Assembly: GCA_963783375.1 (NCBI GenBank)
Contig: CAWANH010000028.1
Coordinates: 832,001-896,000 of the forward strand
DNA: 64,000 nucleotides
Reading direction: 5' to 3'
DNA from: Candidatus Eiseniibacteriota bacterium
GTDB taxonomy: Bacteria; Eisenbacteria; RBG-16-71-46; JABDJR01
Position numbers and translations under genes: made by a program. Under the pieces are notes generated by a model. The model had not been told where the DNA came from. It ran no database searches and was given only the letters and a program-made list of their open reading frames with translations. How positions within the stretch are numbered: the stretch's first letter is position 1; every line of letters begins with the position of its first letter. Shown piece by piece: positions 9,785 to 20,059 of this stretch.

Positions 9785-11649
9785 CGGCCTCCCCCCCCGC
9801 TCGTTTTCGACGACTCCAGGAGCACCTCGGAGGCGGCCGCCTCGGCCGCCTCCTTCCCCCGAAGGCTCATCGTCACCGTGGTTCCCTCACCCGGCCCGCT
9901 GGCCAGATCCACCCGGCCGCCGTGCATCTCCACCGCCTGTCTCACGAAGGCCAGTCCCACTCCGGTCCCGTTCTCCTTGGTGGTCATGTAGAGATCGAAG
10001 GCGTGGCGGCGGACCTCCTCGGTCATCCCGGGGCCGGTGTCGCGCACCGAGAGATCGACCCGCCCGTCCTGCGCCCGGCACGCGATGACCACCCGGCGAT
10101 CCCGCGACGGGAGCGCCTGGAGGGCGTTCTTCACCACGTTGGTGAGGGCCTGGCGAAGGACCTCGGGATCGCCGGAGAGATCGGGCCCGCCGCCGTCGCA
10201 CTCGGCCACCAGCTCCAGGCCGGCCATGGTGGCCTCGGGGGCGAGAAGCTGGGACACCTCGCCCACCAACCGGTCCGCGGGAAACGACACCATGGTCAGC
10301 CGCCGGAGTCGCGCCACCTTGAGGAAGCCCGAGACCGCGCGATCCAGGCGGGCGATCTGGGCCCGCACGATCTCCACCGCCTCCCGCACCCGCTCGGGAT
10401 CGAGGTTCTCGGAATGCCGGAGGGGTTCCAGGTGGAGGGTGATGGCGTTCAGGGGATTGCGGATCTCGTGGGCCACTCCCGCCGCCATCTCACCCAGGCG
10501 CGAGAGCACGGTGGAATGGTCCATGACCGCCTGGAGATCGCGGAGCACCGACAGATCCTTGAGCTCGACCAGCACTCCGAAGGTTTCCGGTCCGTCGTGT
10601 ACGCGGTGGCCGAGGACCATCACCCCGCGATCGCCGCCGGAGTCGGGAAGCTCCGCGCGGAGCGAGATGTGCTCGCTGGTCCCGGCCAGAAGCTCCTGGA
10701 TCATTCGCCCGATGGGGTGTTCGGGAGGGAGGACCTCGGCGAGCGCGCGCCCTCCCGCGGTGGAGGGTTCAAGCCCGAGGAACCGGGCGGCGAGCCCGTT
10801 CACCAGGGTGATCTCCATGTCCGGTCCCACGATGAGGAGGCCGTCGCCGAGGAGCTCGACCGCCCGGCGCAGGTTCTCGTCCTCGCCGCGCGAGAGTTCG
10901 CGGGCGTGGAACTCGGCCCCCAGCTCGTTCAGGGCCTGGGCCATGAGCCCGAACTCCTGGATGTTCTGCTGGGGGATCCGGTAGCTGAAGTCGCCGGCGC
11001 GCAGGGCCTCGATCCCCCGCCGCACCGCGCCCAGGGGGCCGAGGACGATGCGGGTCAGGAAGAAGGCGGCCACCGTGGCCACCAGCACGTAGAGCAGCCC
11101 CAGGTAGAGCCCCCGGCGGACCACCGCGGTGAGCTCGCGACGGAGGAAGGTCGGGCTCAGGGCGATTCGCACCGTGCCGAAGCGGGTCTCGCCGATTCGG
11201 AGCGGGGTGACCTCTTCGTGGATCTCGCCGGCGCGGAAGAGCCGCCACACGTACTTCCATGTGGTCACCGGCCCCCCCAGCTCGGGGAGGGGGAGGTGGC
11301 TCTCCAGCACCGCGCCCACCTGGGTGGTGTCGGTGTGGATGACCGCCCGTCCCGTCGTGTCGGTGAAGGCGGCGTAGAGGACGGTGGGAGCGTACTGGGT
11401 GGCCGCCTCGAGGGAGACGCGAATCTGGGGGTCGTCGCGCACCGCGGCGAGCGGAGGGAGTTCGGGGTGCGAGGCCACCACCTGGCCGATCTGGAGCACC
11501 AGGGTCCTCGAGGCGAAGTGCGCCTCGCGCCGGGCATCACGGACCGCCGCCCGGGTCACCCCGGTCATTTCCAGGATCATGGAGACCAGAGCGATGGCCG
11601 CCATCACGCCGGCCAGGGCGAGGATCTGGCGCGCGCGAAGCCCCAGCAT
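9781..11649 (-). CDS. Sensor histidine kinase (TM-periplasmic-TM, HAMP, PAS, HisKA, HATPase)
   Basis: AGVAHEIRNPL H-box, NVVKNA, DTGPG, GTGVGL. Confidence 0.95.
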   Translation of the reverse strand: MLGLRARQILALAGVMAAIALVSMILEMTGVTRAAVRDARREAHFASRTLVLQIGQVVASHPELPPLAAVRDDPQIRVSLEAATQYAPTVLYAAFTDTTGRAVIHTDTTQVGAVLESHLPLPELGGPVTTWKYVWRLFRAGEIHEEVTPLRIGETRFGTVRIALSPTFLRRELTAVVRRGLYLGLLYVLVATVAAFFLTRIVLGPLGAVRRGIEALRAGDFSYRIPQQNIQEFGLMAQALNELGAEFHARELSRGEDENLRRAVELLGDGLLIVGPDMEITLVNGLAARFLGLEPSTAGGRALAEVLPPEHPIGRMIQELLAGTSEHISLRAELPDSGGDRGVMVLGHRVHDGPETFGVLVELKDLSVLRDLQAVMDHSTVLSRLGEMAAGVAHEIRNPLNAITLHLEPLRHSENLDPERVREAVEIVRAQIARLDRAVSGFLKVARLRRLTMVSFPADRLVGEVSQLLAPEATMAGLELVAECDGGGPDLSGDPEVLRQALTNVVKNALQALPSRDRRVVIACRAQDGRVDLSVRDTGPGMTEEVRRHAFDLYMTTKENGTGVGLAFVRQAVEMHGGRVDLASGPGEGTTVTMSLRGKEAAEAAASEVLLESSKTSGGGGR

Positions 11650-11816
11650 GGCCTAGTGTCCCGTCCCGGGAATCTCGTCACTCCTCCCGCCGGATCTCGG
11701 AGCCGCTGGCATCGTTGCTCCTCCTCCAAATACCCCCGGGTATTCGTCGTCGGAGCGCCTCCCCATCCGCTCCGATCTCTCGCCGGACCAGGACAACGAA
11801 CTCCCGGGACTGAACA

Positions 11817-13190
11817 CTAGCCCTTGCCCCGCGCGTACTTCTTGAGCTTCACGTGCAGGGTCTTGGCGCTGATGCCCAGGATGCCCGCGGCCCGCGTCTT
11901 GTTTCCCGCGGTCTGCTCCAGGGTGTGGAAGATCAGGGATCGCTCGGCATCCTCGAGGCTCACCCCGGCGGAGATGTGCAGGCCGTCCCCGTTGGACGCG
12001 GCCACCCGGGGCCGGGGCCGGAGGGTGTCGGGAAGGTGGTGGGCCTCGATCTCGTGTCCCCGCGCCACCACCACCGCTCGCTCGATGGCGTTCCGGAGCT
12101 CCCGCACGTTTCCCGGCCAGTCGTGCTCGTTCAGGAGAGCGAGGGCCTCGTCGGTGAAACCGTGGATCGGCTTGTCGTTGTCGGCGGCGAACTCCTTCAG
12201 GAACTGGTGGGCGAGGAGCGGCACGTCTCCCAACCGCTCCCGTAGCGGGGGTAGCTCGATGGTGAAGACGTTGAGCCGGTAGTAGAGGTCCTCACGGAAG
12301 CGCCCCTCCACCAGCAGCTCCTGGATGGCCGCGTTGGTGGCGCTCACGATGCGCACGTCCACGTCGATCTCCACCCGTCCGCCGAGCCGCCGCACCCGTC
12401 GCTCCTCCAGCACCCGGAGGAGCTTCTTCTGCAGGTTGGCCGGCATCTCCCCGATCTCGTCCAGGAAGATCGTGCCGCCGGAGGCCAGCTCGAAACACCC
12501 CTGCCGGGCCGCCGACGCTCCGGTGAACGCGCCCTTCTCGTGTCCGAAGAGTTCGCTCTCCAGCAAGGTCTCGGGGATGGCCGAGCAGTTGAGCGCGACG
12601 AATGGCCCGTTCTTGCGGGGGCTCATCTGGTGGAGGGTGCGGGCCACGACCTCCTTGCCGGTTCCGCTCTCTCCGGTGATCAGGACCGAGGCATTGGAGG
12701 GGCCGACCTGCTCCAGGAGCTGGTAGAGCCGGAGCATCGACGGGGATTTTCCGACCAGGGGTCCCATGCGGCCTTCGCGCTCCAGCTCGCGACGGAGGAG
12801 GCGTACCTCCCTGAGCATCGAGGAACGCTCGAGCCCGCGTTCCACCACGGTGCGAAGCCGGTCGAGATCGAGGGGCTTGGTCAGGTACTCGTAGGCCCCG
12901 CCCCGGGTGGCCTCCACCGCGCTCTCGATGGAGGCGTGGCCGGTGATCACCACCACGGTGGCGTCGTTGCCCCCCTCCTTCAGGTCGTTGATGAGCTCGA
13001 TGCCTCCCCGTCCCGGCATGCGGAGATCGGTGAGGATGAGATCGGGCTGATCGCGGAGGGCGGCCTCGATGGCCGTTTCCGCGTTGGGGGCGGCATCCAC
13101 CTGATAGCTCCAGGATTCCAGGAGCCGGGCGAGGCCGATGCGCGCGGATTCCTCATCGTCCACGATGAGAATGCGATGCTTGCGAGCCAT
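11817..13190 (-). CDS. Sigma-54-dependent response regulator (NtrC/AtoC family)
   Basis: Receiver (ILIVDD, DLRMP), GESGTGKE, GAFTGA, WPGNVREL, Fis-type HTH. Confidence 0.96.
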   Translation of the reverse strand: MARKHRILIVDDEESARIGLARLLESWSYQVDAAPNAETAIEAALRDQPDLILTDLRMPGRGGIELINDLKEGGNDATVVVITGHASIESAVEATRGGAYEYLTKPLDLDRLRTVVERGLERSSMLREVRLLRRELEREGRMGPLVGKSPSMLRLYQLLEQVGPSNASVLITGESGTGKEVVARTLHQMSPRKNGPFVALNCSAIPETLLESELFGHEKGAFTGASAARQGCFELASGGTIFLDEIGEMPANLQKKLLRVLEERRVRRLGGRVEIDVDVRIVSATNAAIQELLVEGRFREDLYYRLNVFTIELPPLRERLGDVPLLAHQFLKEFAADNDKPIHGFTDEALALLNEHDWPGNVRELRNAIERAVVVARGHEIEAHHLPDTLRPRPRVAASNGDGLHISAGVSLEDAERSLIFHTLEQTAGNKTRAAGILGISAKTLHVKLKKYARGKG

Positions 13191-13371
13191 CTTGGCCGAC
13201 AGTCTACCCGGTGAGCGGGGACCCGACCAGGAAAAAAGGTAACAGTGGGAAGATTTGACACGGGTGATTCCGGCTCCGAACTGCGGATGCGCCGCCCGCC
13301 GGAAGAGTTGCCTGTGTCATAACTACAACACCGCCTGGATGTTAGCAGGAAGTTGCTGGCGCTCGCCATGT

Positions 13372-13387
13372 CGGCACAAATATTGCA
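13372..13387 (+). promoter_or_regulatory. Sigma-54 (-24/-12) promoter upstream of FHA gene
   Basis: CGGCACAAATATTGCA = GG-N10-GC, close to the TGGCAC-N5-TTGCA consensus. Confidence 0.75.
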
Positions 13388-13532
13388 AAATAAACTTGTA
13401 AGCGAGGCAAGCAACATTACGCCGCGCGCGCTGCGGCTTCGGCCGCCCCGTCCAGGCGCGCGCGGCGCTTCTTGCTTCACGGAAGAAATCCAAGACACCG
13501 CTGGGTGTTTGGCTTACCCAAGGAGGGATGGG

Positions 13533-14081
13533 ATGCCGACCGACACCCTACCCGTCATCTCGTATCCAGAGGTTACGTCCTCCGGTCCCGCACGTCCGGT
13601 TCCGGCTCCGATCTCCCCTGCCCCGGTCTTCAACGAGGAGGGCTGGCGCCGGGAGAACGCCCCCAGTCCCCCGTCCTACTGGCTGAAGCTCCGCGAAGGA
13701 AATTTCTGGGACCGGGGTCGGGTGTTCGAGCTTCCCGTCGGTCTGAACGAAGGCACCCTCGGGCGCTCCCTCTCCTGCCACTGGCGACTCAATGACGCCA
13801 CCGTCTCCCGGATCCACGCCGCCCTGGTGCGAAGGCCCCGCCGCGGGGTCTATCTCGTCGATCTGGCCAGCCGTAGGGGCACCTTCGTCAACGGCGAGCG
13901 GATTGCCGAGGAGACGCTCCTCATGGCCGGCGACCGCATTCGCCTCGGCGAGCACGTGGAGCTGGAGTTTCTGGAGGGCGCTCCCCCCCAGGAGACGGTT
14001 CGAGAGCGGTGGCTCCGCCGGGGATGGTGGGTGGCCTCCGGGCTGGCGGTGGTGGTGGCGGTCGGGTACTTCGTCTTCTGA
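13533..14081 (+). CDS. FHA-domain protein with C-terminal membrane anchor
   Basis: LGRS...VSRIHA...DLASRRGTFVNG...GDRIRLG; SD AGGAGG at 13521; C-terminal hydrophobic helix. Confidence 0.9.
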   Translation: MPTDTLPVISYPEVTSSGPARPVPAPISPAPVFNEEGWRRENAPSPPSYWLKLREGNFWDRGRVFELPVGLNEGTLGRSLSCHWRLNDATVSRIHAALVRRPRRGVYLVDLASRRGTFVNGERIAEETLLMAGDRIRLGEHVELEFLEGAPPQETVRERWLRRGWWVASGLAVVVAVGYFVF

Positions 14082-14266
14082 TCCCCGTCTTCTGAATCCC
14101 TCGCCCATATTTGAGACACAAACTGTCAAATATTTCGGCTCTCCGGGCTTCGCGTCTCATTGTGGTCGGCCAAACAAATGTTTGGCATCCGGACCGGGTC
14201 CGGAGAAATTTCAGGGGTCAAGGGGGCACGGGCTCTTCAAGCATTTGCAAAGTCTCACGAAAGATA

Positions 14267-14294
14267 TTGATAATTAACTAGATTGGAGTATAGT
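14267..14294 (+). promoter_or_regulatory. Sigma-70-like promoter at head of secreted-protein cluster
   Basis: TTGATA-N16-TATAGT in an AT-rich intergenic tract. Confidence 0.55.
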
Positions 14295-14485
14295 CCCAAG
14301 ACGTTGGGTGCTGGCCTTGTGTGCGGGATCCCCCCCTCCTCGCCGAGCCCATGCCGACTCCCCCCGGTCGGCGGCAGACAACAACGCAACATAGCCTCTC
14401 CCCCGGGCCCAGAACTCGAGACGGCTCTCCGGAAGCCCTGCCCTTCCTTCGTCGCACCGTCTCTGCAACATGATGGAGGCTTCCC

Positions 14486-15181
14486 ATGCGCATCGCGACG
14501 ATGGCGATCCTGATTCTGCTCGCGTTCGTGGCTCCGGCGGCGGTATCCGCCGCCACCCCCGCTCCCGGCACCTACACCACGATCACCGGGGATTTTCTGA
14601 ACGGCCGGGGTTCGGAATCCTGGCGAAACGCCCCCGACAACAAGTCGTGGGACCACGTCTTCAACAGCGAATCCTGGGACGGGAGCGCGCTCGGAACCGA
14701 GTGGTACACCCGTTGCGGGGTCGGCAACACCTCGGTGACCTCGGTCAGTCTGGACGCCAACGGCACCGGCAGCATCACCTACCAGACCGTCTACACGGGG
14801 GGGATCTTCTGGCTCTCCAAGAACGGGCCCTGGGGTGACGGGGTCAACGACCAAAGCGGCATTCTGAACCAGACCATGGAGAACACCACGGTTCAGATGG
14901 TGGATAGTGTCGCGGTGGCCGCGGTGTCCAACATCCACACCTCCGGCATCTTCGATTCCGGCTGTACCCTGACCTTCGCGATCGGAAATGGCAGCGGTCG
15001 CGGCGATACGGACCTGCTGGCCAAGCCGGCCGACTATCCCGACTTCCTGGACCTCGCCTGCGCGTCCGGGAACCGCGACCGGGGCAGCTGGGGGGATCTC
15101 CTCACCATCACCATGGAGATCGACTGCCCGACCCCGGTCGAACCCACGACCTGGGGAGCGGTCAAGGTCAGATACCAGTAG
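14486..15181 (+). CDS. Secreted Cys-containing beta-rich protein with TWGxxK C-terminal tail
   Basis: GGAGG SD, signal peptide, ends PTPVEPTTWGAVKVRYQ. Confidence 0.85.
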   Translation: MRIATMAILILLAFVAPAAVSAATPAPGTYTTITGDFLNGRGSESWRNAPDNKSWDHVFNSESWDGSALGTEWYTRCGVGNTSVTSVSLDANGTGSITYQTVYTGGIFWLSKNGPWGDGVNDQSGILNQTMENTTVQMVDSVAVAAVSNIHTSGIFDSGCTLTFAIGNGSGRGDTDLLAKPADYPDFLDLACASGNRDRGSWGDLLTITMEIDCPTPVEPTTWGAVKVRYQ

Positions 15182-15491
15182 GAAGGACCTTCGCCCCCGC
15201 GGTGATTCCAGCCCTCTCACCGCGGGACGGCGCAGTGAGTTGCGCGGAGAGAGGCAGACCTCCCCGCGTCCGGCCCGGCCGGGCGCGGGGCCTCCCCGCC
15301 GGCAAGGCCCTTCCGCTCTTCCCCGCCTTGCTCCGGCCTCCGCGCTCCAATGGAGGGCACATAGGACGGACCCGTCCGGACGTGCAGGAGCGACCCGGCA
15401 AACCGCCGGGCGTCGCCGGCACGTCCGCGGGTAGCCGACGGCCGAGCCCGGCCAGTGCCACGTCGGGCCTCGGCTTCGGAGGAGGATCGAG

Positions 15492-18400
15492 ATGAAGCGG
15501 CTCTCTTGGATTCCGGTGTTCGTACTGCTCGCGGCCATGTGTTTCGGCGCCGGTCTCGCACGACCCGCCGAGGCCACGGTATACCACCTGGTTGGAGGCG
15601 CACCCTACGCGGCCGCCTCGTTTGCCGAGCACGACAACTCCCAGGCTTACCTGGGATCCGGCGCCTGGTCGGAGACCTATCCCGCGGTGGGCGACGTATT
15701 CCAGATGTACATCAGCCCGGCCCAGTTCGGGACATCTTTCACGGTAGGTGATATCCAGAGCATCACCTACCACACCATCAACGGCGCGACCAATCCAAGC
15801 GACGTGGACTTCTATCTGAAGATCTACACCGAGCCGTACGTCGGCGGGGACGCGAGCTGGTACGGGAACCGGCTGAACGCCGAGCCGCTCTACTCCAACA
15901 GCTACGTGGGGCCCTCGGCTTGGGTCTGGAACACCTGGACCACGGACTCCGGGACGAACCAACTCACTTTCTTCGACTCCAATCACTGCGGCAACCTCGG
16001 CTTTTATGGGGGGGCCACCCTTCAGGACCTGACCGGTGGCTCGATCACCTGGTCCAGCTACGCGGGAGCGGGCGCGACGGCCGAGACCACTCCGATCGAC
16101 TACGCCAGCCAAGTGGTCAAGTATCTGAACTTCTCCACCGGCTCCGGCTGGGCGTCCTTCCACGGTTACATCGACGCCATCACCGTGGCCCTGACCAACG
16201 GGGACAGCTACGTCATCGACCTCGAGAGCACCACCGACCCGACGTACGTGGACGACGACTGGGCCGGAACCGCGCCGGGGGTCGAGGTCGCCTCCGGCAA
16301 GTTTTTCGGGTACAACGCCTTCGATAATATCCAGGACGGCATCGACTACGTTTCGGGGAGCACGGTGTACGTGGCTGCAGGCCACTATCCGATCAGCACC
16401 CCGATCGTCTGCAACATTCCGGTGGAGTTGAGTGGTCCGCAGGCCGGGGTCGACCCGCGGCCCTCGGCCGCCTCCAGCCGGACTCCCGGCGACACGCTGA
16501 GCGAGGCGGTGGTGGACGGGGGATACTCGACCGCGACGCTCCTCACCGTGGCCGCCGATGACGTGGTGATGGACGGTCTGGAGTTCACAAATGGGACGGG
16601 CGACCTCGTGGCCTCATCGGCCTCCGCCCCTATCAAGTATCGTACCCAGGTGCGGAACTGCATCATCCACGACTCCAGCGGCGACGAAGGGATGCAGCTC
16701 CGGAACGTCACCGACGGAACCGTCGAGCGGAACCTCGTCTACAACACCGCCGGCGATGGCATCAACATGTGCTGCGGGACCACCGGCTCGACGATCCAGG
16801 ACAACGAGGTTAGGGACATCGACAGCGACAACGGCGCCATCTACATGTACGAGACCACGAACATGCTCGTACAGCGGAACCTCGTCTACAACACCTCTCA
16901 GAACGACGGCATCAAGATGGGGGCTAAGGGAGGCGCCGACGCCGACTCCTCGGGCGGGCAGATCCTGGACAACGTGATTCACGACACCGATCAGGACGGA
17001 ATATCGATCTACACCAGCGACGTTGAGGTTTGCGGAAACGAGATCTACGGGAGCACCAGCGAAAACGGCGCCTTCTACGTCGCCTTCAACGTTGATAATG
17101 TCCAGGTCACCAAGAACCGCATTCACGACAACGGCTCCACTATGGATGCGAGGACCACCTACGGGATTCGGGTGGGCCGGGGTAGTTACCACCCGACCAA
17201 CGTGCTGATCCACGACAACGACGTCAAGGGCAACGAAGAGGGCCTTTTCAACAACAACGCCACCGGGCCGGCCCTGAACGCCGAGAGCAACTGGTGGGGA
17301 GACGCGAGCGGCCCGAGCGGCGACGGCTCCGGAACCGGCGACTCCATCACCGGCGGAAACGTCGATTTCACGCCCTGGCGCCTCATGGCCACCGGCGTGA
17401 CCGCCTGCTCCGGGAGCCCGGTGGACAACCCGGTGACGCCGGATCCGGCGGATTCGTGCCTGACCGCGGCGACGCCGTGCAACACGGTGAGCTTCGACAT
17501 CACCCGGTCCGAATGCGATTGGGATGCGTGCGTTCAGCGTGACCTTCCAGCTGAGCAGCGAGCTGGAGCTGTGCACGGGGAACCTGGGAGACATCGCGGA
17601 GGGGACGTACCTGAGCGGCGTCGGCGGCACGAACTTCCAGGTGCTGGACAACACCGGGGGATCCTACACGGTGGACGGTGCCATCCTGGGACTCCCCTGC
17701 GGGGCGACCGCCTCGACGGGGGCGCTGTTCACGGTGAACGTGACGAAGAGCGATTCGGCGTCGGCGGAGGATACGGGAACCATCACCGTGACCTCGGTGA
17801 CGTTCCGGGACTGCTAGAACGCTCCGATTCCCGGGATCGCCGGTGGAACGGGGACGCTGGACATCGACACGTCGGCGCCGGCGGCGATCGGCGACCTGGC
17901 GGCGACGCAGGAGAAGAGCGGGAACGGGTCGGACGGGACGACGAACATCGATCTGTCCTGGAGCGCGGTGACGGAGCCGGACGCGGACATGATCGAGATC
18001 TACCGCGCCGGCTTCGGTTACTATCCGGAGTACGACGACGCGGGCGGGTCGGTGCCGGCGACGCCGAGCTATCCGCCGTCGGGGGCGTGGACCCTGGCGG
18101 GGACGGTGGCGGCGACCGCGACGAGCTACTCGGACGAGCCGACGACGCGGGACTTCTGGTACTACATGGCGTTCGTGAAGGACCTGTGCGGGAACGTGTC
18201 GGCGGTGTCGAACCAGACGGGTGGGACGCTGAACTACCACCTGGGAGACGTGGCGCCGGCGGGGACGGGGAACAACGACTGGTCGAGCTGGCGGACATCT
18301 CGCTGATCTGGGCTTCGCACTACGGGATCAGCCTGAGCCCGGCCTCGGCGACGCGTTCAACTACCTGGACGTGGGCCCGACGACGGACTACAGCGTGGAC

Positions 18401-19165
18401 GCGCGTCCGACGACGGACAATCAGATCCAGTTCGAGGATCTGATCATGTTCGCGATCAACTACGGCCAGGTGTCGAAGCCGGGGATGCGTCCGGCGGGAG
18501 CGGAGAAGAACGCGGTGTCGCTGGAGATGCCGTCGGAGCTGGGCGGGACGTTCGAGGTGGGGATCGAAGCCTCGTCGGACGGAACGATCCAGGGGATGAC
18601 GCTACCGCTCCGTTGGAACGGGGAGGTGGTGGAGCCGATCGGGTTCACGGAAGGCGAGCTCGCGGGGCGTCAGGGCGGCCAGGTGCTGGTGCTGTCGCCG
18701 AAGCCGGGGACGGTGGACGCGGCGGTGTTCGGCTCGACGCTGAGAGGAAGCGGAGAGCTGGCGCGGGTGCGGTTCCACCGGATCGCCGCGGGAGACCCGG
18801 GGATCGGGTTCGGCGCGGTGGAGGCCCGGGACGGCCAGAACAAGAAGGTGGAGCTGGGGACGGAGACGGCGAAGCCGGGAGTGGCGTTGACCACGCGGCT
18901 CTTGCCGAGCGCTCCGAACCCGTTCCAGGCGTCGACCGGGATCCGGTTCGCCATGAAGGAGGCGGGCCCGGTGCAGGTGGACGTGTACGGTCTGGACGGC
19001 CGGCTGGTGCGGACGCTGTTGAACGGGACGCAGCCGGCGGGCGAGCGGACGGTGACCTGGGACGGCCGGGACAGCGCCGGCCGGGAGGTGGCGTCGGGAT
19101 CGTACGTGATCCGGTTCGTGACGCCGCAGAAGAGTGAATCGCAGCGGATCGTGCGGTTGAGGTAG
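15492..19165 (+). pseudogene. Large secreted modular protein (beta-sandwich, parallel beta-helix, cohesin-like, FN3-like, dockerin-like, cohesin-like, FlgD-like CTD), interrupted in this assembly
   Basis: ORF pieces 15492-, 17524-, 17968-, 18371- are collinear with intact paralog 20060..23575; frameshift near 17510, TAG at 17815 opposite TCG, indels near 18275-18350; probably sequencing errors. Confidence 0.85.
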
Positions 19166-19210
19166 GTAGGAGGGCCCCGGGGCGGACTCGAGAGGAGACC
19201 CGTCCCGGGG
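17427..19210 (+). repeat. About 1.8 kb direct repeat, copy A (constant C-terminal module plus 3' hairpin)
   Basis: Long runs identical to 21839..23620, from AACCCGGTGACGCCGGATCCG to GAGACCCGT(C/T)CCGGGG. Confidence 0.92.
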
Positions 19211-19321
19211 ACCCATCCCGGTTGGGGACCGCGCCGCGGCGCGCGGTCCCCACCTTTCCCTTGGTGCAGGTGGTCGATCCCAGTAGGACACACCCCCATC
19301 CAACGCTGAAGGAGAAGACCC

Positions 19322-19912
19322 ATGGCGAAGACAGTCGATCGGAATCTCTTGACTCGCCTCCTTCCATCCGTCCTCATGTTGTTGGTGATCTCGGTGTTCG
19401 TGGCGGCACGGCCCGCCTCCGCCGTCGATCTCACCTTCTCGTGCGACAGTCCAGGCTGTCTGTTCGTCAATACGGACACCCTCTCCGTATCGGTCGACAT
19501 CGATGCCGGCACCACCGATCTCCGGGGAGCGTCCCTATCCATCCTGTTCGACTCCGGCGCAGTCATGCCGGTGGCGGTGGAAGCGGGATCCTTGTGGGAC
19601 GACTCGAGCTGTTCGCCTTTCCTGTCCTGGCTGAATCCCGGTTCGCCCGATTCGGTGTACGCGGATCTCGGTGGTCTGGGTTGTTCCGTGGACGGGCCCG
19701 GCTCCATCCTCGTCATCAAGTTCACCTGCGTCAGCCCGTCTCCGGGTGTGCTGAGCTGTGGGACCAACTACCTTCGGAACTCGGCGAACACCGCCCTCCC
19801 CTATACCTGCACCCCGACGACGGTGCAGTGCGAGATTCCCACGGCGGCTGAAGCCACCACCTGGAGCCTGATCAAGGCCATGTACTCTTCGGAGGGCCAT
19901 TCGAGACAGTAG
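19322..19912 (+). CDS. Secreted single cohesin-like domain protein with TWSxxK tail
   Basis: LSVSVDID...LRGASLSILFD...VEAGSL...GPGSILVIKF cohesin pattern; ends IPTAAEATTWSLIKAMY. Confidence 0.8.
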   Translation: MAKTVDRNLLTRLLPSVLMLLVISVFVAARPASAVDLTFSCDSPGCLFVNTDTLSVSVDIDAGTTDLRGASLSILFDSGAVMPVAVEAGSLWDDSSCSPFLSWLNPGSPDSVYADLGGLGCSVDGPGSILVIKFTCVSPSPGVLSCGTNYLRNSANTALPYTCTPTTVQCEIPTAAEATTWSLIKAMYSSEGHSRQ

Positions 19913-20059
19913 AGAGAACGCTTCGAGCCGGGGCGGGTCCCTGCAGAAAGGTCGGCCCACGGCTCGCGTGAAGCTGGGTGCAGCGACGAGGGTTCCCCCA
20001 CCCTCCGGCAGGAGCCGACCCGGACGTTCAACAACCCCGGTCGGGGTGGAGGCAAGGCA

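Noticed and set aside
14110-14330. Sigma-54 control of the scaffold cluster (TGAGAC/GTCTCA half-sites, GGCACG at 14225)
   Set aside because: No correctly spaced GG-N10-GC found; a sigma-70-like promoter fits better
17500-18370. TAG at 17815 and frameshifts as stop-codon recoding or programmed frameshifting
   Set aside because: TAG aligns to TCG (Ser) in the paralog, many genes here end in TAG, and similar indels hit unrelated genes (rmuC, DUF481, DUF2330, amidase); sequencing error is simpler
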